64,000 nucleotides of DNA from Hyphomicrobium sp. (GCA_041659545.1 JBAZYB010000001.1:119510-183509), one strand, 5' to 3'; positions 1-9,797 are shown, counted from the stretch's first letter. Numbers and translations: made by a program. Notes: generated from the sequence alone by a model not told the origin.

Positions 1-425
1 TCTACCCGTTCCGAGCATGTCTATTGCCGGTAAAGCACATCTGCTTCGGAGCGGTCCTGTCTCATCAATAGACGGGCATGATGTCAGCCTTTTCTCCCTG
101 AAGTCTTGGCAACTGCGCGCCTGGGTACTTTCGCCGACTCCCAACTGGCGATACTGAGCCTGGGATCCTTGAGACCCAACTGGTCGCGACGCGGAGGTTT
201 CTCAGCCCCCCGACCATTGGGGGTCTCTGGCTTGGCTTCGCGACGCGAGGTTCTCGGCTGTGCCTTCCGACTGTCAAGAACAACCTTCATGACACGCCGA
301 CCACAGTAGCGCGCGAGATTCCCGATCAACGCTATCCCGTTACGAAGCGGCCACGTCTGAAGGGTGACGGTCGTTGAGTCCGATATCTTCATGGACAGCA
401 TCAGGCTGTCCAAGGAGGCCTTTCA

Positions 426-1412
426 ATGCGACAACTCGATCTATTTGGTCGACCCGATTTCAGTAGTGGCTTTGGTCCGAGCAGCCTTCAGAAGAATACT
501 GTGGAGTTTCTTGACCATTGTCGCAACTCCAGGCGGCTGGCGGTCCACACCACACGGGCATACACGAGCGACCTCGCGGACTTCACAAATCGGATCGGCC
601 TTGACGCGCGACTTGGAGGAGTCTCACGGGAACATCTGCACGAGTACGCAAGGCATTTGAGCGAAGAGCGGAAGCTAAAGGCGACAACCATCCGACGCCG
701 AATCGCAACCCTCAAAGTATTCTTCAAGTGGCTCTAACGAAAGGACGAGGCATCGATTAACCCGTTCGACCGTACCAATATCTCGATACGCCTTCCTCGC
801 AGGCTACCTCGGGCTCTTGAAACCCAAGAAATGATTCAACTCCTGAAGCGGGCTCGTGCCGAGGCCTCGGGTAGAGTCACTGGCAATCGGTACAACGCGC
901 TCCTGATGGAGTTTGTTGTCGTGGCTCTGTTCACGACTGGTCTCAGGATTAGTGAGCTCACCGCTGTCACGCTCCCGGACGTGTCGATTGCTAGCAAAGC
1001 CATTCGCGTGCGTGGAAAGGGTGAACGCGAACGCACTGTCTATTTCGCGGGAGCCAAAGCAACCGGTATTCTGAGCGCCTTCTTGGAGCGCAGAATGCGG
1101 CTCAAGACTCCGACCCGCCAGTTATTGACATCGTTCTCGGGGGTGGCTCTCACTTCCCACGTTGTGCGCCTGCGGCTACGCGGGCTGGCTGAAAGAGCAG
1201 GCCTGAGTCGCCGGGTGACTCCCCACATGCTTCGACACACTGCGGCCACGAAGCTGATCGAGGCCGGTGTAGATATTCGACTCGTGCAGCGCCTGCTCGG
1301 GCATTCCAGCATTACGACGACCCAAATCTATGCGCAAGTCAGCGACCTTACCCTTCGGAATCGCATGGACAGAGCTGACACCCTCTCTCGGCTCACAGCG
1401 AGGCACCAATAA
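426..1412 (+). pseudogene. Tyrosine recombinase (XerC/XerD-type phage-integrase family) interrupted by a single in-frame TAA at 735..737
   Basis: ORFs 426..737 and 831..1412 share one frame. The read-through translation is ...KVFFKWL*RKDEASINPFDRTNISIRLPRRLPRALETQEMIQLL.... The N-terminal part looks like the core-binding domain (TTRAYTSDLADF). The C-terminal part carries the catalytic signature: TGLRISEL (Arg), HMLRHTAAT (HxxR), LLGHSSITTTQIY (His, Tyr). Confidence 0.8.
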
Positions 1413-1513
1413 CTGCGAATTATCATTAGACGCGCACAACGCTAGCAGTGAGGGGCCGAACACCGTTCTCGCCCGTGCGGCCAGCCGGTCAGGACCAGAG
1501 GAATACAACAACG

Positions 1514-2914
1514 ATGGCGGGAATCCTAGTTGCCGCGCTCCTCGTTTCCTCACTGCTCCTCGTCCATTTTTCAATGCGCTCGCGGCCGTTGGACGCCAAA
1601 CGTCCGCTAGACGAAGACCATGGGCTTCCCTGGCCAGAAGCGGGCCAGGCGAGCACTGTCTTTTCCTTGACCGCACTGTTTGGAGCCTACTTCGGCATCA
1701 CGTTGATTCTCGGCCTGCCCGCATTGCTAGGCCTCGCGTTCGGGACCGTGAGCGGGCTCATTCTTACCGCCCGTCTGATCAAGAAGCGGAACCAGGACAG
1801 CTTTGAGGAGTTTCTACAGTCAGTGTTGAAGGCCCGTGGCGACAATGCCATCGTTTTTGGTGTCCTTCTGGCTGGGATTCAATGCTGTTTTGCAGCCTCC
1901 GAATTGCTAATTCTCCGAGAGATGGCCCGCACCGGACTCGGCCTGAGGGGAGAGGATGCGACCCTCTTAGCCATGGCACTAGGCGCGATCGGTTACTTTT
2001 ATGTGCTTTTTGGCGGGTACAAGGCGGTGTTTCGAACCGACGTGCTCCAGTTTTCAATGATTGCGCTGATGGGAGCAGTCCTCCTGAGCCTGGAATTTCA
2101 CAACGCCACGCGTGGCTCACTGGTTCCGCCGCTGTGGCCCAGGAGCGGATACTGGGAACTTCCAGCTTTAGCCGCGACTGGGCCGCTGCTCTACGTGTTT
2201 CAGTTTGGGGTTGCTTCCGTGATGGGCCTGGGTTTCCTGGTGGCGAGCCCGGACACATGGAAGCGCGTGTTTCTGGTAGTGAAAATGAGACGGCAGGGAC
2301 CGCGGTTTCCGATGTTTGTAGGCGTCGGCACCGCGCCCTTCCTGCTGCTAATTCCGCTGGCGGCGCTTACTCCGGCCATTGCAGATGGACCGACCGACTC
2401 AGGAGCTCTTTTTGCCGGGCTCATCTCAAGCGACATGCTGTTTGTCGCCGCCGCCTTAGGGCTTGTCGCTAGCTTCCTATCGTCTTTCAACAGTGCCCTG
2501 CTCGCGAGTGTTCACGTCGGGCTCTTGTTGCGTCGAACAGCATCTGGAGTTCGCGAAGAGATGTCACGATTTCATTGGCTGATGGCTTCCGCACTGGTCT
2601 CCATAGGCTTCGTCTTTCTCGCGCTTTCGAGCAATGGCAACCCGTACCTTCTGGCCAACGCTCTGCTCGGAGCCTATTCCGTTGTCGCCGGCGTTCAGGT
2701 CGGAACCGGCTGGAAGATATCGCGCCTTCGAGAGGGGCATTTGATCTGGCTGGCGGTTCCGAGCCTGCTTGCTTGGTTTGTTTATCTCACATCGCTCGGC
2801 GGCCTCACCGATGCGCCTAATACATACCAGCTCAATACAGTGCCTGTAGCAGCTCTCTTGTCCTTGGTGCTGGCTGCGACTTGCAGGGGCCTTGTAACTT
2901 GGTCGACAAAATGA
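1514..2914 (+). CDS. Polytopic membrane transporter, sodium:solute symporter (SSS)-like
   Basis: ORF 1448..2914 has many hydrophobic segments. GGYKAVFRTDVLQFSMIALMG resembles the SSS-family GG-K-x3-TD-x-Q region. Start placed at ATG 1514 (MAGILVAALL); GTG 1448 is also possible. Confidence 0.55.
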   Translation: MAGILVAALLVSSLLLVHFSMRSRPLDAKRPLDEDHGLPWPEAGQASTVFSLTALFGAYFGITLILGLPALLGLAFGTVSGLILTARLIKKRNQDSFEEFLQSVLKARGDNAIVFGVLLAGIQCCFAASELLILREMARTGLGLRGEDATLLAMALGAIGYFYVLFGGYKAVFRTDVLQFSMIALMGAVLLSLEFHNATRGSLVPPLWPRSGYWELPALAATGPLLYVFQFGVASVMGLGFLVASPDTWKRVFLVVKMRRQGPRFPMFVGVGTAPFLLLIPLAALTPAIADGPTDSGALFAGLISSDMLFVAAALGLVASFLSSFNSALLASVHVGLLLRRTASGVREEMSRFHWLMASALVSIGFVFLALSSNGNPYLLANALLGAYSVVAGVQVGTGWKISRLREGHLIWLAVPSLLAWFVYLTSLGGLTDAPNTYQLNTVPVAALLSLVLAATCRGLVTWSTK

Positions 2915-3522
2915 TGGATGGACTTTCAATTCTCCCGGGCCTACTCAAGAACCGTCCAAGCGGCGAAAAGGGACGGCTTTGTGCCTTCGTTCTCGCTCCT
3001 AGCTTGGTGGTGGGCCTGGCGTTCGCCGGAGGCCAACGCGCCGGTTCACTTTTTGACCTTTCAGGGCCAATTGCCATTACGGAGCTCCGCACGGAGATGT
3101 CCATCGATGGACGACCGACGCCTAGAAAGGGTATTGCGGTCATCCTCGAGCCCACTGCAGCTGAATCCCACATTTCGCTAAAGGGAGACCTCCAGAGGCG
3201 CGTTTGGAGTTCCCTAAGTGAGTCGGGAGCCGAAGCCAATCGCGATCGACTCGTACTGAGCCGCGATGGCCTCTCAAGCAAGACTCCCTTAAACGGTGTC
3301 AGTTCGCCCGTTACCCTCGTCGTGGAAGGTGAGTTGGGCTCAGGCATTCTGATTCCTGGAGGTGTTCAGTCGATCGCGTCGAGCACGCTTTCGTCCCGGC
3401 GATCCCAGTCGCTCTTATCAAGCGTTCTGTTCTCGTGCGTGTTGGCTTTCGGGATGGCGCTTGCGTCGGCTGTTCCTAGCCCGGTCCCAAGCGAGAAAGA
3501 CCGTCGCAATGTACGTGCATAG
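2911..3522 (+). CDS. Hypothetical protein with C-terminal hydrophobic segment
   Basis: In-frame ATG at 2911 forms an ATGA overlap with the stop of the upstream transporter. There is no recognisable motif. The 3' end overlaps the convergent gene 3418..3762 by about 100 nt, so this call is weak. Confidence 0.3.
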   Translation: MMDGLSILPGLLKNRPSGEKGRLCAFVLAPSLVVGLAFAGGQRAGSLFDLSGPIAITELRTEMSIDGRPTPRKGIAVILEPTAAESHISLKGDLQRRVWSSLSESGAEANRDRLVLSRDGLSSKTPLNGVSSPVTLVVEGELGSGILIPGGVQSIASSTLSSRRSQSLLSSVLFSCVLAFGMALASAVPSPVPSEKDRRNVRA

Positions 3523-3762
3523 CCACATGAAGATGAGGTCGTTCACTGGCACACCGTAGACTACGAGCCCTGGATCTCTCGGGTATCTCCAAACACCGAG
3601 GCGGATGGCAAAGAAATCCCATGGGTATGCGAACAGCGTTGTGAGCAAGCCTACACGTGCGGCCAGTGCGAACTGCAGCGGGGGAAGCGACGAACGGACG
3701 CAGATTGAAAGCAACAGAGCCAGTCCGGCAAGACCCAAGTTGTATAGGGCATAGATCGTCAT
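3418..3762 (-). CDS. Lycopene cyclase domain protein (CrtYd-like small subunit)
   Basis: Internal Met (MTIYALYNLGLAG...) of ORF 3418..4203. Its ATG (3762..3760) overlaps the TGA of the upstream gene as ATGA. About 114 aa with 3 hydrophobic helices. The PVNDLIFMW region is comparable to the PxE(E/D) motif of heterodimeric lycopene cyclases. Confidence 0.7.
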   Translation of the reverse strand: MTIYALYNLGLAGLALLLSICVRSSLPPLQFALAARVGLLTTLFAYPWDFFAIRLGVWRYPRDPGLVVYGVPVNDLIFMWLCTYIATVFLAWDRARNSRRKRHPESQHAREQNA

Positions 3763-4067
3763 TGCTGCCGTCCCTCGTACAGTCTTAAGAGCAGGACGCA
3801 CATCAGGGTGTGGATAAAGAACAGCAGATATTCTTCGAGAGGCAGATGGAGGATCCGAATCTGTAAGGTCCCGCCCGCCGGAAAGCTCCAGATTCCTGCT
3901 CTCACCGCGATCTGATCGATAGCAAACCAGAAGACCGCTAACGTTAACGCCGGTTTCCAGAAAGCTCCAGACGTCAGCTCTGTGAGCCGAAACTGCTCCC
4001 AGCAGAAACCAAGAAAGAACACAATCGTCGCGAGCTCGAGAAATAGATAGGCTGACGACGGTGGCAT
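3759..4067 (-). CDS. Lycopene cyclase domain protein (CrtYc-like small subunit)
   Basis: 102 aa and 3 TM helices. HLPLEEYLLFF matches the hPhEE motif of the lycopene cyclase domain family. Confidence 0.75.
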   Translation of the reverse strand: MPPSSAYLFLELATIVFFLGFCWEQFRLTELTSGAFWKPALTLAVFWFAIDQIAVRAGIWSFPAGGTLQIRILHLPLEEYLLFFIHTLMCVLLLRLYEGRQQ

Positions 4068-4252
4068 CGACTGGCTTCTCCTGCCGGCCTGATAATTCGC
4101 AGTTATCAGCCGGCGCCAAAGGATAGCTCAACATGGGCGAACAATGAGTGTTCATTTCCCCGAGCACCATCGAGCCGCCGCTTGAGCCTGCCGCCCTGGG
4201 CACCCACCTATTCGCTTGCTATACTTTCACTACCGCAATTAACCCCACTTAG

Positions 4253-4531
4253 GTGTCCGAACGTCAAGAACACCCAAATCACGCAGCCGGCGAAGCGTCT
4301 ATCGAACATCAACTCGCCGAGTTCGATCGCCTCGACGCAGAAGGGCAAGAACTGGCAGAACTTCACCGCGCTGTTAAGGAACTCCTCTACACCAGTCTCT
4401 CCAGCGATTTAGTCGAGAAGCTGCCGGAGCTGGAACACGAGCTGGCCAGAGTGCATCGGCGGCAACACGAAGTCATCGACCTCCAGGCAGCCCTGGAGGT
4501 CTCGATTCTTCGAGCCAGGGCCCGGAAATAG
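4253..4531 (+). CDS. Hypothetical small acidic coiled-coil protein
   Basis: 92-aa ORF with GTG start and heptad-like E/L-rich sequence. No family recognised. Confidence 0.35.
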   Translation: MSERQEHPNHAAGEASIEHQLAEFDRLDAEGQELAELHRAVKELLYTSLSSDLVEKLPELEHELARVHRRQHEVIDLQAALEVSILRARARK

Positions 4532-4992
4532 GTCGAGCGTCGACTTCGGCCGGAGGCGGTTTTTGTCATGGCCAACGGAGGGCCGAGTGCGTGGCCGTTG
4601 AACGTACATTTGCCACCTGAGCCAACGTCTGGCGAGTTGGGCGCCCCCGGACCGTTCCCACCGGTTGCAGATCGCGCGGTTCGTGGGCTAATAGGCGGCC
4701 AAGAGTGGCCGTTTCCTCAAGTGACCCTGAAAGGCCGCCTGGAGGGCCAAGGCCGACCTCTTCGACGCGACCAAAGATGAGAAAAGGCGCGGGTCTGGCC
4801 GTCTATCAAATAGATAGGCTGGATGCCCCGCGACGATCACATCCAGCGCTGCACCCGTGATTGATCCCGGCCACTCGACGTAGGGTGCGCCTCACTGATG
4901 GACGGTTGCCGCGCGCTCAGGGCGCGTCGGCTAGATACGACGTCACGGTGATTGTCACCCGCCGAGTTCTGAGGATCTGGAGGCTCTCGCCA

Positions 4993-5394
4993 ATGGACCC
5001 GAACCTATTCCACCTAGATTGGGAACGCACGTTCGAAGCAATCACCGCAATCATCGTCTTGGCGTTCGTCCTCGAAAGGGCATTGGCACTGCTATTCGAG
5101 CACCGTTGGTTTGTCAGGCGGTTTGATGAGTCTGGACTTAAGGAGCCGATCGCTTTTGCACTGTCCGCTGGGGTGTGCTGGTGGCGTGACTTCGATGCGC
5201 TAAGCATCATCATTCTCGCAGAGAAGACGTCCTTGATCGGGGTTCTGATTACGGGCGCTGTCATTGCGGGAGGCAGCAAGGCCTCCGTCAAGCTGTTCCA
5301 CGATCTGCTGGGTGTTCAGAGCGATGCAGTCAAGGCCAAGAAGGAGCGAGATGCCGCACGCAACGTGCGGTCAGACACGGTGGTCGTCCGATGA
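4993..5394 (+). CDS. Small integral membrane protein
   Basis: ATG at 4993 (MDPNLFHLDWERTFEAITAIIVLAFVL...) with 3 hydrophobic segments. Its stop overlaps the start of the next gene as ATGA. Confidence 0.5.
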   Translation: MDPNLFHLDWERTFEAITAIIVLAFVLERALALLFEHRWFVRRFDESGLKEPIAFALSAGVCWWRDFDALSIIILAEKTSLIGVLITGAVIAGGSKASVKLFHDLLGVQSDAVKAKKERDAARNVRSDTVVVR

Positions 5395-6680
5395 AGACGC
5401 GCCAACTTCTTGCGTTGCTACTAGGCCTGGGTCTGTGCACCGCTGCGCTGCAGGCCGATTTTCTTGAGGTTCGTCGCTCCGTGACGCTCAAGGGCACGCC
5501 TCAGGGTGATGCTGAGGTCTTGGACAGCCTCTCAAAGGGCGTGAATGTCGAGTTGCTCCAAGACGGACAGCAGAATGGCTACTATCGTGTCCGGGTGCCC
5601 GAAACCGGGCTTGAAGGCTGGGTTTACCGGACCTTTGTCCGCCGGCACACGGGGGGCCTGCCGAGTTCGGCGCCACCATCCCCGCCGTTGGCCGCCGCGG
5701 CAGCGGGCGGAGGTGTCTGGATTCGCTTTGATCCGGAGTTTGTTCAAAAGCACTTTGACGGAGACCTTGCCTTCTCCGAAATCACCTTTGATGGGCAATG
5801 GAGAGCCGGTCCGCTGCACAACATGCCCGCCAACAAGGTGTCTTGTAGCGGAAAGGACGGCGAGGTTCACCTTGGCGCGTACGAGTCCTCAGTCGAGTTG
5901 GACGGCTCCGAACGCCCATTCTCGCGACTCGTCGGTCAGCCGACCGTGGCTTGGGGCTTGGTAGCCGAACCGCCAAATGCTACCCGTGACGACGCGGAGC
6001 TCCTGGAGAGCCTCGAAGGGTCGCGGGTCACGTTTACCGGCTACATGCGGGTCTGGAACGAGGGCCACTACGATGACGAATCGAAGAAGAACCCTGACGG
6101 TTCAAGTAACCCGAACCACGTTGTTGAACTGCATCCTGCCTGGCATCTGGAGTCTACTGATGAGGGATCGGAGGACTACGATTTCCCCCCGACAGCTCCC
6201 ATGCCGCGCTACGCCGGATATGGCCTGAGCAAGGCCGCCAGAATTTTCAGCGCGGTCTCCGCCGGCAACTGGCCTCTCGCCTATAACGCGAATGGTCAAT
6301 TGCACATCTTCTTGTCCGAGGAGTCAAACTTCTACCAGCTACCGGTGCGCATAACTTCAGTACAGCCCCTGGAGGACGGAATCGTCTTGCGCGCAGACGT
6401 TTGCAGTACGGTCGGTTGCGTGGGGAACCAAGTCCTCTATCGGAATCTTCGTCTTGTCACGCGTAGTGATAGCCAGGACGGAAAGCCATTCAAGAAGGGT
6501 GATGTGACTGAGGTGCTCGGCATCTTCAGTGTCCACCTCGGCAAGGCGAGGCAGATCGCCGCTCCGGCGAACGGCCAGTCACAAGCAGTGTCGGTCGCCG
6601 AGGCCCTTGAGTTCTTCGTCTTCACTCGCGCCGCGCAGAAGGCAGTCATGAACAGCAAGTGTGTTCCTGAGGGTTCGTAG
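5391..6680 (+). CDS. Secreted protein with N-terminal bacterial SH3-like domain
   Basis: Signal peptide MKTRQLLALLLGLGLCTAALQA. SH3b-like segment GYYRVRVPETGLEGWVYRTFV. The last 86 codons are duplicated at 60140..60398. Confidence 0.7.
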   Translation: MKTRQLLALLLGLGLCTAALQADFLEVRRSVTLKGTPQGDAEVLDSLSKGVNVELLQDGQQNGYYRVRVPETGLEGWVYRTFVRRHTGGLPSSAPPSPPLAAAAAGGGVWIRFDPEFVQKHFDGDLAFSEITFDGQWRAGPLHNMPANKVSCSGKDGEVHLGAYESSVELDGSERPFSRLVGQPTVAWGLVAEPPNATRDDAELLESLEGSRVTFTGYMRVWNEGHYDDESKKNPDGSSNPNHVVELHPAWHLESTDEGSEDYDFPPTAPMPRYAGYGLSKAARIFSAVSAGNWPLAYNANGQLHIFLSEESNFYQLPVRITSVQPLEDGIVLRADVCSTVGCVGNQVLYRNLRLVTRSDSQDGKPFKKGDVTEVLGIFSVHLGKARQIAAPANGQSQAVSVAEALEFFVFTRAAQKAVMNSKCVPEGS

Positions 6681-6868
6681 CGTGCCCCGATGAGTCCATA
6701 AAGTAAGGCGACCTTGCGGGGTGGGTGGCCATTCGGCCAAGGGTGGGCCGAGGCAGGTTCACCTTCGTCTGCCATGGACCAAACTGTCACCCGCCAAGTG
6801 ACAAGGTCTGGCTGAGAGGCGAGGCCCCAGCCAACGTGCACTCCGTCGGAGTGGAACAGTGGCAGAGG
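6422..6868. repeat. Left copy (first part) of a long direct repeat, matching 60140..60591
   Basis: My manual alignment gives about 92-95 percent identity across the last 259 nt of gene 5391..6680 plus about 190 nt downstream. Confidence 0.9.
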
Positions 6869-6967
6869 CCTCAAGGACGATGTCAATCTCTTAGACCGTT
6901 CGCGACAAAGATCGCGCGGTCCCGCCAGTGATACGATTCGGAGCGATTCGCAATTGAGGGAGCTGCA

Positions 6968-7897
6968 GTGCAAATCAAAGCGTATATCGCTGTCCTGTTT
7001 GCGACGACGTTTACGTCATGCGGTGGGGCCACACCCCTGACAGCTCCTTCAGCTCCAGGTCAGCCTTCCCCAACTGCGAGTGTGCCCACTTCTCCAACTC
7101 CGATCGAACCCCCAAAGTACACATTGCGGGGGTCTGTAGGGGAATACGGCTCGTCTAACTTGAACAACACAACCCCGATTGCAGGGGTAAGCGTCTCCAT
7201 TGTCGACGGGCCGAACGCCGGGACATCGGCAATGAGCGATGCGAGCGGACAGTACTCGATACCTGGTGTTCTTGCCGGCACATTCAACCTTCGAGCCGCT
7301 TTGAACGGCTACCAAACGCAAGAGCGATCAACGACTCTGGCAACCGACATGACTGTCAACTTCGTGATGGTCAGAGACTGTAGTCCGTGGCCATCGGCGC
7401 TTGCGCCGATGATGGCCAGGATGTCGCTGGTCAGTAATCTTTGTCTCGTTAGGTGGCCAAGCAATCAGGCCTCCAACTATGTTGCTTCGCAGCGCGTCGT
7501 GTATTACCGCTCCCCGAGCCCGGTGGGTGGCGAGCTTGCTGCAATAGCCCACGAACTCTGCCACGTACACCAACACCGCGTGATTCTTGATTCAGGAAGG
7601 TCGGATCCGGCACATGACGGTGAGTTTGTGCCGGCGTGGACCGAAACCGCCGAGGGGCGCAGCTTTGTTGAGCTAACAGGCTGGCGGCTGGGTAGCCCGG
7701 GAGGGCAGGCACCCGGTTTTGGATGGGTTGAGGCATGCGAGAGATGGAGCTGTGGCTACGCCAACCCTATTGAAGATAATGCTGAGGCGTGTGCCTACTG
7801 GAGCAACCCTGGCAACGATGCGGGCCGCGGCAAACAGCCACTGCAAGAATTTGCCCCAAGAAGGGCTGAGTGGATGCGGCGTTGGTTGCCATACTGA
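6968..7897 (+). CDS. Lipoprotein with carboxypeptidase-regulatory-like domain and HExxH metallopeptidase motif
   Basis: Lipobox-like LFATTFTSC. GVSVSIVDGPNAGTSAMSDASGQYSIPGVLAGTFNLRAALNGYQTQ resembles CarboxypepD_reg. IAHELCHVHQH contains HExxH. GTG start. Confidence 0.6.
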   Translation: MQIKAYIAVLFATTFTSCGGATPLTAPSAPGQPSPTASVPTSPTPIEPPKYTLRGSVGEYGSSNLNNTTPIAGVSVSIVDGPNAGTSAMSDASGQYSIPGVLAGTFNLRAALNGYQTQERSTTLATDMTVNFVMVRDCSPWPSALAPMMARMSLVSNLCLVRWPSNQASNYVASQRVVYYRSPSPVGGELAAIAHELCHVHQHRVILDSGRSDPAHDGEFVPAWTETAEGRSFVELTGWRLGSPGGQAPGFGWVEACERWSCGYANPIEDNAEACAYWSNPGNDAGRGKQPLQEFAPRRAEWMRRWLPY

Positions 7898-8040
7898 GCG
7901 GCGCGCGCTAACACGTGAGCCTTGACGACGCGATCAAGGAGACTCAGATTAGGACGCCAACTGGTTCAGAATGTCTGGAATCCACAAATGGCCTAGCCGA
8001 TCTCTCTGGCTTGCTTGATTGTCTGAGACGTAGACTTGTT

Positions 8041-9203
8041 ATGTTCCTGACACGCCTCAGTGCCGTCGTGCCGCTCTGTTTACTGTGTTTTGTGGCATGT
8101 AGTGGCAAGGAGTCGCCCAAGACTCCACTGTCACCGTCGCCCTCGGCTACCGTGACTGCAATCACGGTTTCTGGAACGTCCTCGCTTGTAGCTGTGACGC
8201 AAACCACCCAGCTGCGAGCAGTTGCGTCACTTTCGAATGGCACCAGCCAAGACGTCACGACGCAAGCCTCGTGGTTGTCCAGCAATCCCAACGTTGCCAT
8301 GGTCTCGGCAACCGGACTCGTGACCGCCACGGGTTATGGCGGCGCCGACATTCAGGCCACTCACGCAGGCTTCAGTGGAATCATCTCCGTGTCGATCGCA
8401 CCACCAGCGAGCGGCAGCCTCCTTCTGTACGACGTCGCAGCGGATGTCCCCGCAGCCGATCTCGACGCGATTCGCCGAGGAATCGTTCAGGCGCAAGCGT
8501 TCCTGGCGAGCGAGCTGGGAGGAGACATCCCGGTCAACACTCAGCTCGGCATCAACGTGAAGGTGGTCGCGACGGCCTCGGCAATCCGGACCCCGGCGCT
8601 CAAATACCGGGCGGTGGTGGCGCGTGCTGCACGGCACTCGACACCTCCGGGCGGCCCCGACCGTTCTTCGACGTCAGGCATCCACATTTTGCCCAGCCCG
8701 GATGGGGCGGTGAATGGAGCTTGACGGCCCAGAAAGAAAAGACCGCGGCTCACGAATACACGCATGGGTGGCAGTCTGCGTTGGGTGGACTGAGTTTCAC
8801 ATCAAGAGAACGCCTTGTTGCCTGGATGAGCGAAGGGATGGCTGATTACATCGCGTTTTCGATGATGATCCGACGCGGTCAGATCAGGGAGGCCGACAGG
8901 GATACTTTCATGCTTCGGAACGCACTGTCGACAGGGCAGGCGGTTCGATGTTTGGGATCCCTCGAAGGCGTCATCACGTCAATTGGTGTCTGGCCCGGCG
9001 ACGTCGGCCAGATTGCGGTGAAGCGACTGGTTGCCCAAAGCTCCAATGGCATGTTGTCGCTGCGCATCCTGAACCAAGGCTTGGGTGCCGGCATGAATTT
9101 CGACCAAGCCTTCCAGGACGCCTTCGGCGTAACTAAGCAGGCTTTTTACGAGGCCTTCCCCACCTATCTGGCGAGCCTCGGCGGGCCTTCTTCATGTTCC
9201 TGA
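8041..9203 (+). pseudogene. Lipoprotein with Big_2 (bacterial Ig-like) domain and HExxH motif, apparently frameshifted
   Basis: The N-terminal part is in the frame of ORF 7915..8724: [22 protein letters not shown] lipobox, and the Big_2-like pattern [47 protein letters not shown]. The C-terminal part, with TAAHEYTHGWQ (HExxH), is in the frame of ORF 8271..9203. The frame switch lies somewhere near 8560-8700. Confidence 0.55.
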
Positions 9204-9292
9204 CCGTCCGACGAAATCCGGAGATCGGGGCCCTCAACGGCGTTCGAAGTCCGTCTTCCCAGCCACCTTGCCCTCTCAGTCGAACTGGGAAA

Positions 9293-9529
9293 TAGCGGCA
9301 GAGGATGGCAGAAGATGGAAGAAGGCGGAAGAGGATGGAAGCTATTGGCAGATGGGTGCGAAGCAGGGAGACGACCCCGAGCCTCTGCTGATTCCTGCTA
9401 GGCTCTGCCGTTGTCTGCCAAGTACTGCCGTTTCAGCCGGTTAGCCGTTTTGCCGCTCTGCCACGGTCTGCCGCGTACTGCCGTGGTATGCGGCTAGCTC
9501 CAATCAAATGACACTCGAAATGACACTCG
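9293..9529. repeat. 237-bp GGCAGA/TCTGCC phased-repeat element, copy 1 (matches 60581..60817)
   Basis: Left arm is six 10-nt units starting GGMAGA (GGCAGAGGAT GGCAGAAGAT GGAAGAAGGC GGAAGAGGAT GGAAGCTATT GGCAGATGGG). Right arm is rich in the reverse complement (CTCTGCC, GTCTGCC, ACTGCC). The element ends with the tandem AATGACACTCGAAATGACACTCG. Confidence 0.85.
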
Positions 9530-9797
9530 CCGCGAGCCTCTCCGAGATCTTCTCCTCGGAACACTTGCTGGAAAGGCTCCACCAGGTTTTCTGAAACAGT
9601 GCGGCGTCAGTCAGGATCCACCGTGAGCTTCGGACAGACCGAGCATCGACTCGGATGCCACCAGCGGGTCCCATTCTGGTCGCCGCTTGACAACCGCTGC
9701 GGAGACTGTGATCGGCGCCGTGTTCATGGACATCGCGCAAAGTGGTATTTTGCGGTCTGTGAGTAGCCCCGCCCATGAGTCACCCCAAGGTATCGAA

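Noticed and set aside
1-425. Looked for a tRNA/tmRNA gene or att site next to the integrase. Noted a short direct repeat (TCGCGACGCGGAGGTTTCTC around 183-204 and TCGCGACGCGAGGTTCTC around 240-257) and the ORFs 65..413.
   Set aside because: No T-loop or acceptor-stem pattern is recognisable. The repeat is short and its meaning cannot be supported. The ORFs have no coding-like composition or motifs.
4532-4575. Possible intrinsic terminator after gene 4253..4531 (GC-rich segment followed by TTTTTG at about 4560).
   Set aside because: I could not draw a convincing stem of 5 or more consecutive base pairs directly preceding the T-run.
6681-6868. Conserved ~190-nt region downstream of the SH3b gene (also at 60399..60580) as a possible small RNA or small ORF. 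Both copies encode ...FVCHGP(N/D)C...SDKV... in one frame.
   Set aside because: The reading frame is broken by indels between the copies. I could find only short hairpins (GTCAC-N7-GTGAC), which are not preserved in copy 2. There is not enough evidence by eye.
9530-9758. Searched the 230 bp between the GGCAGA element and the IS66 left end, including ORF 9504..9776(-), for the missing 5' half of alr or another gene remnant.
   Set aside because: No frame gave alanine-racemase-like or other recognisable sequence.
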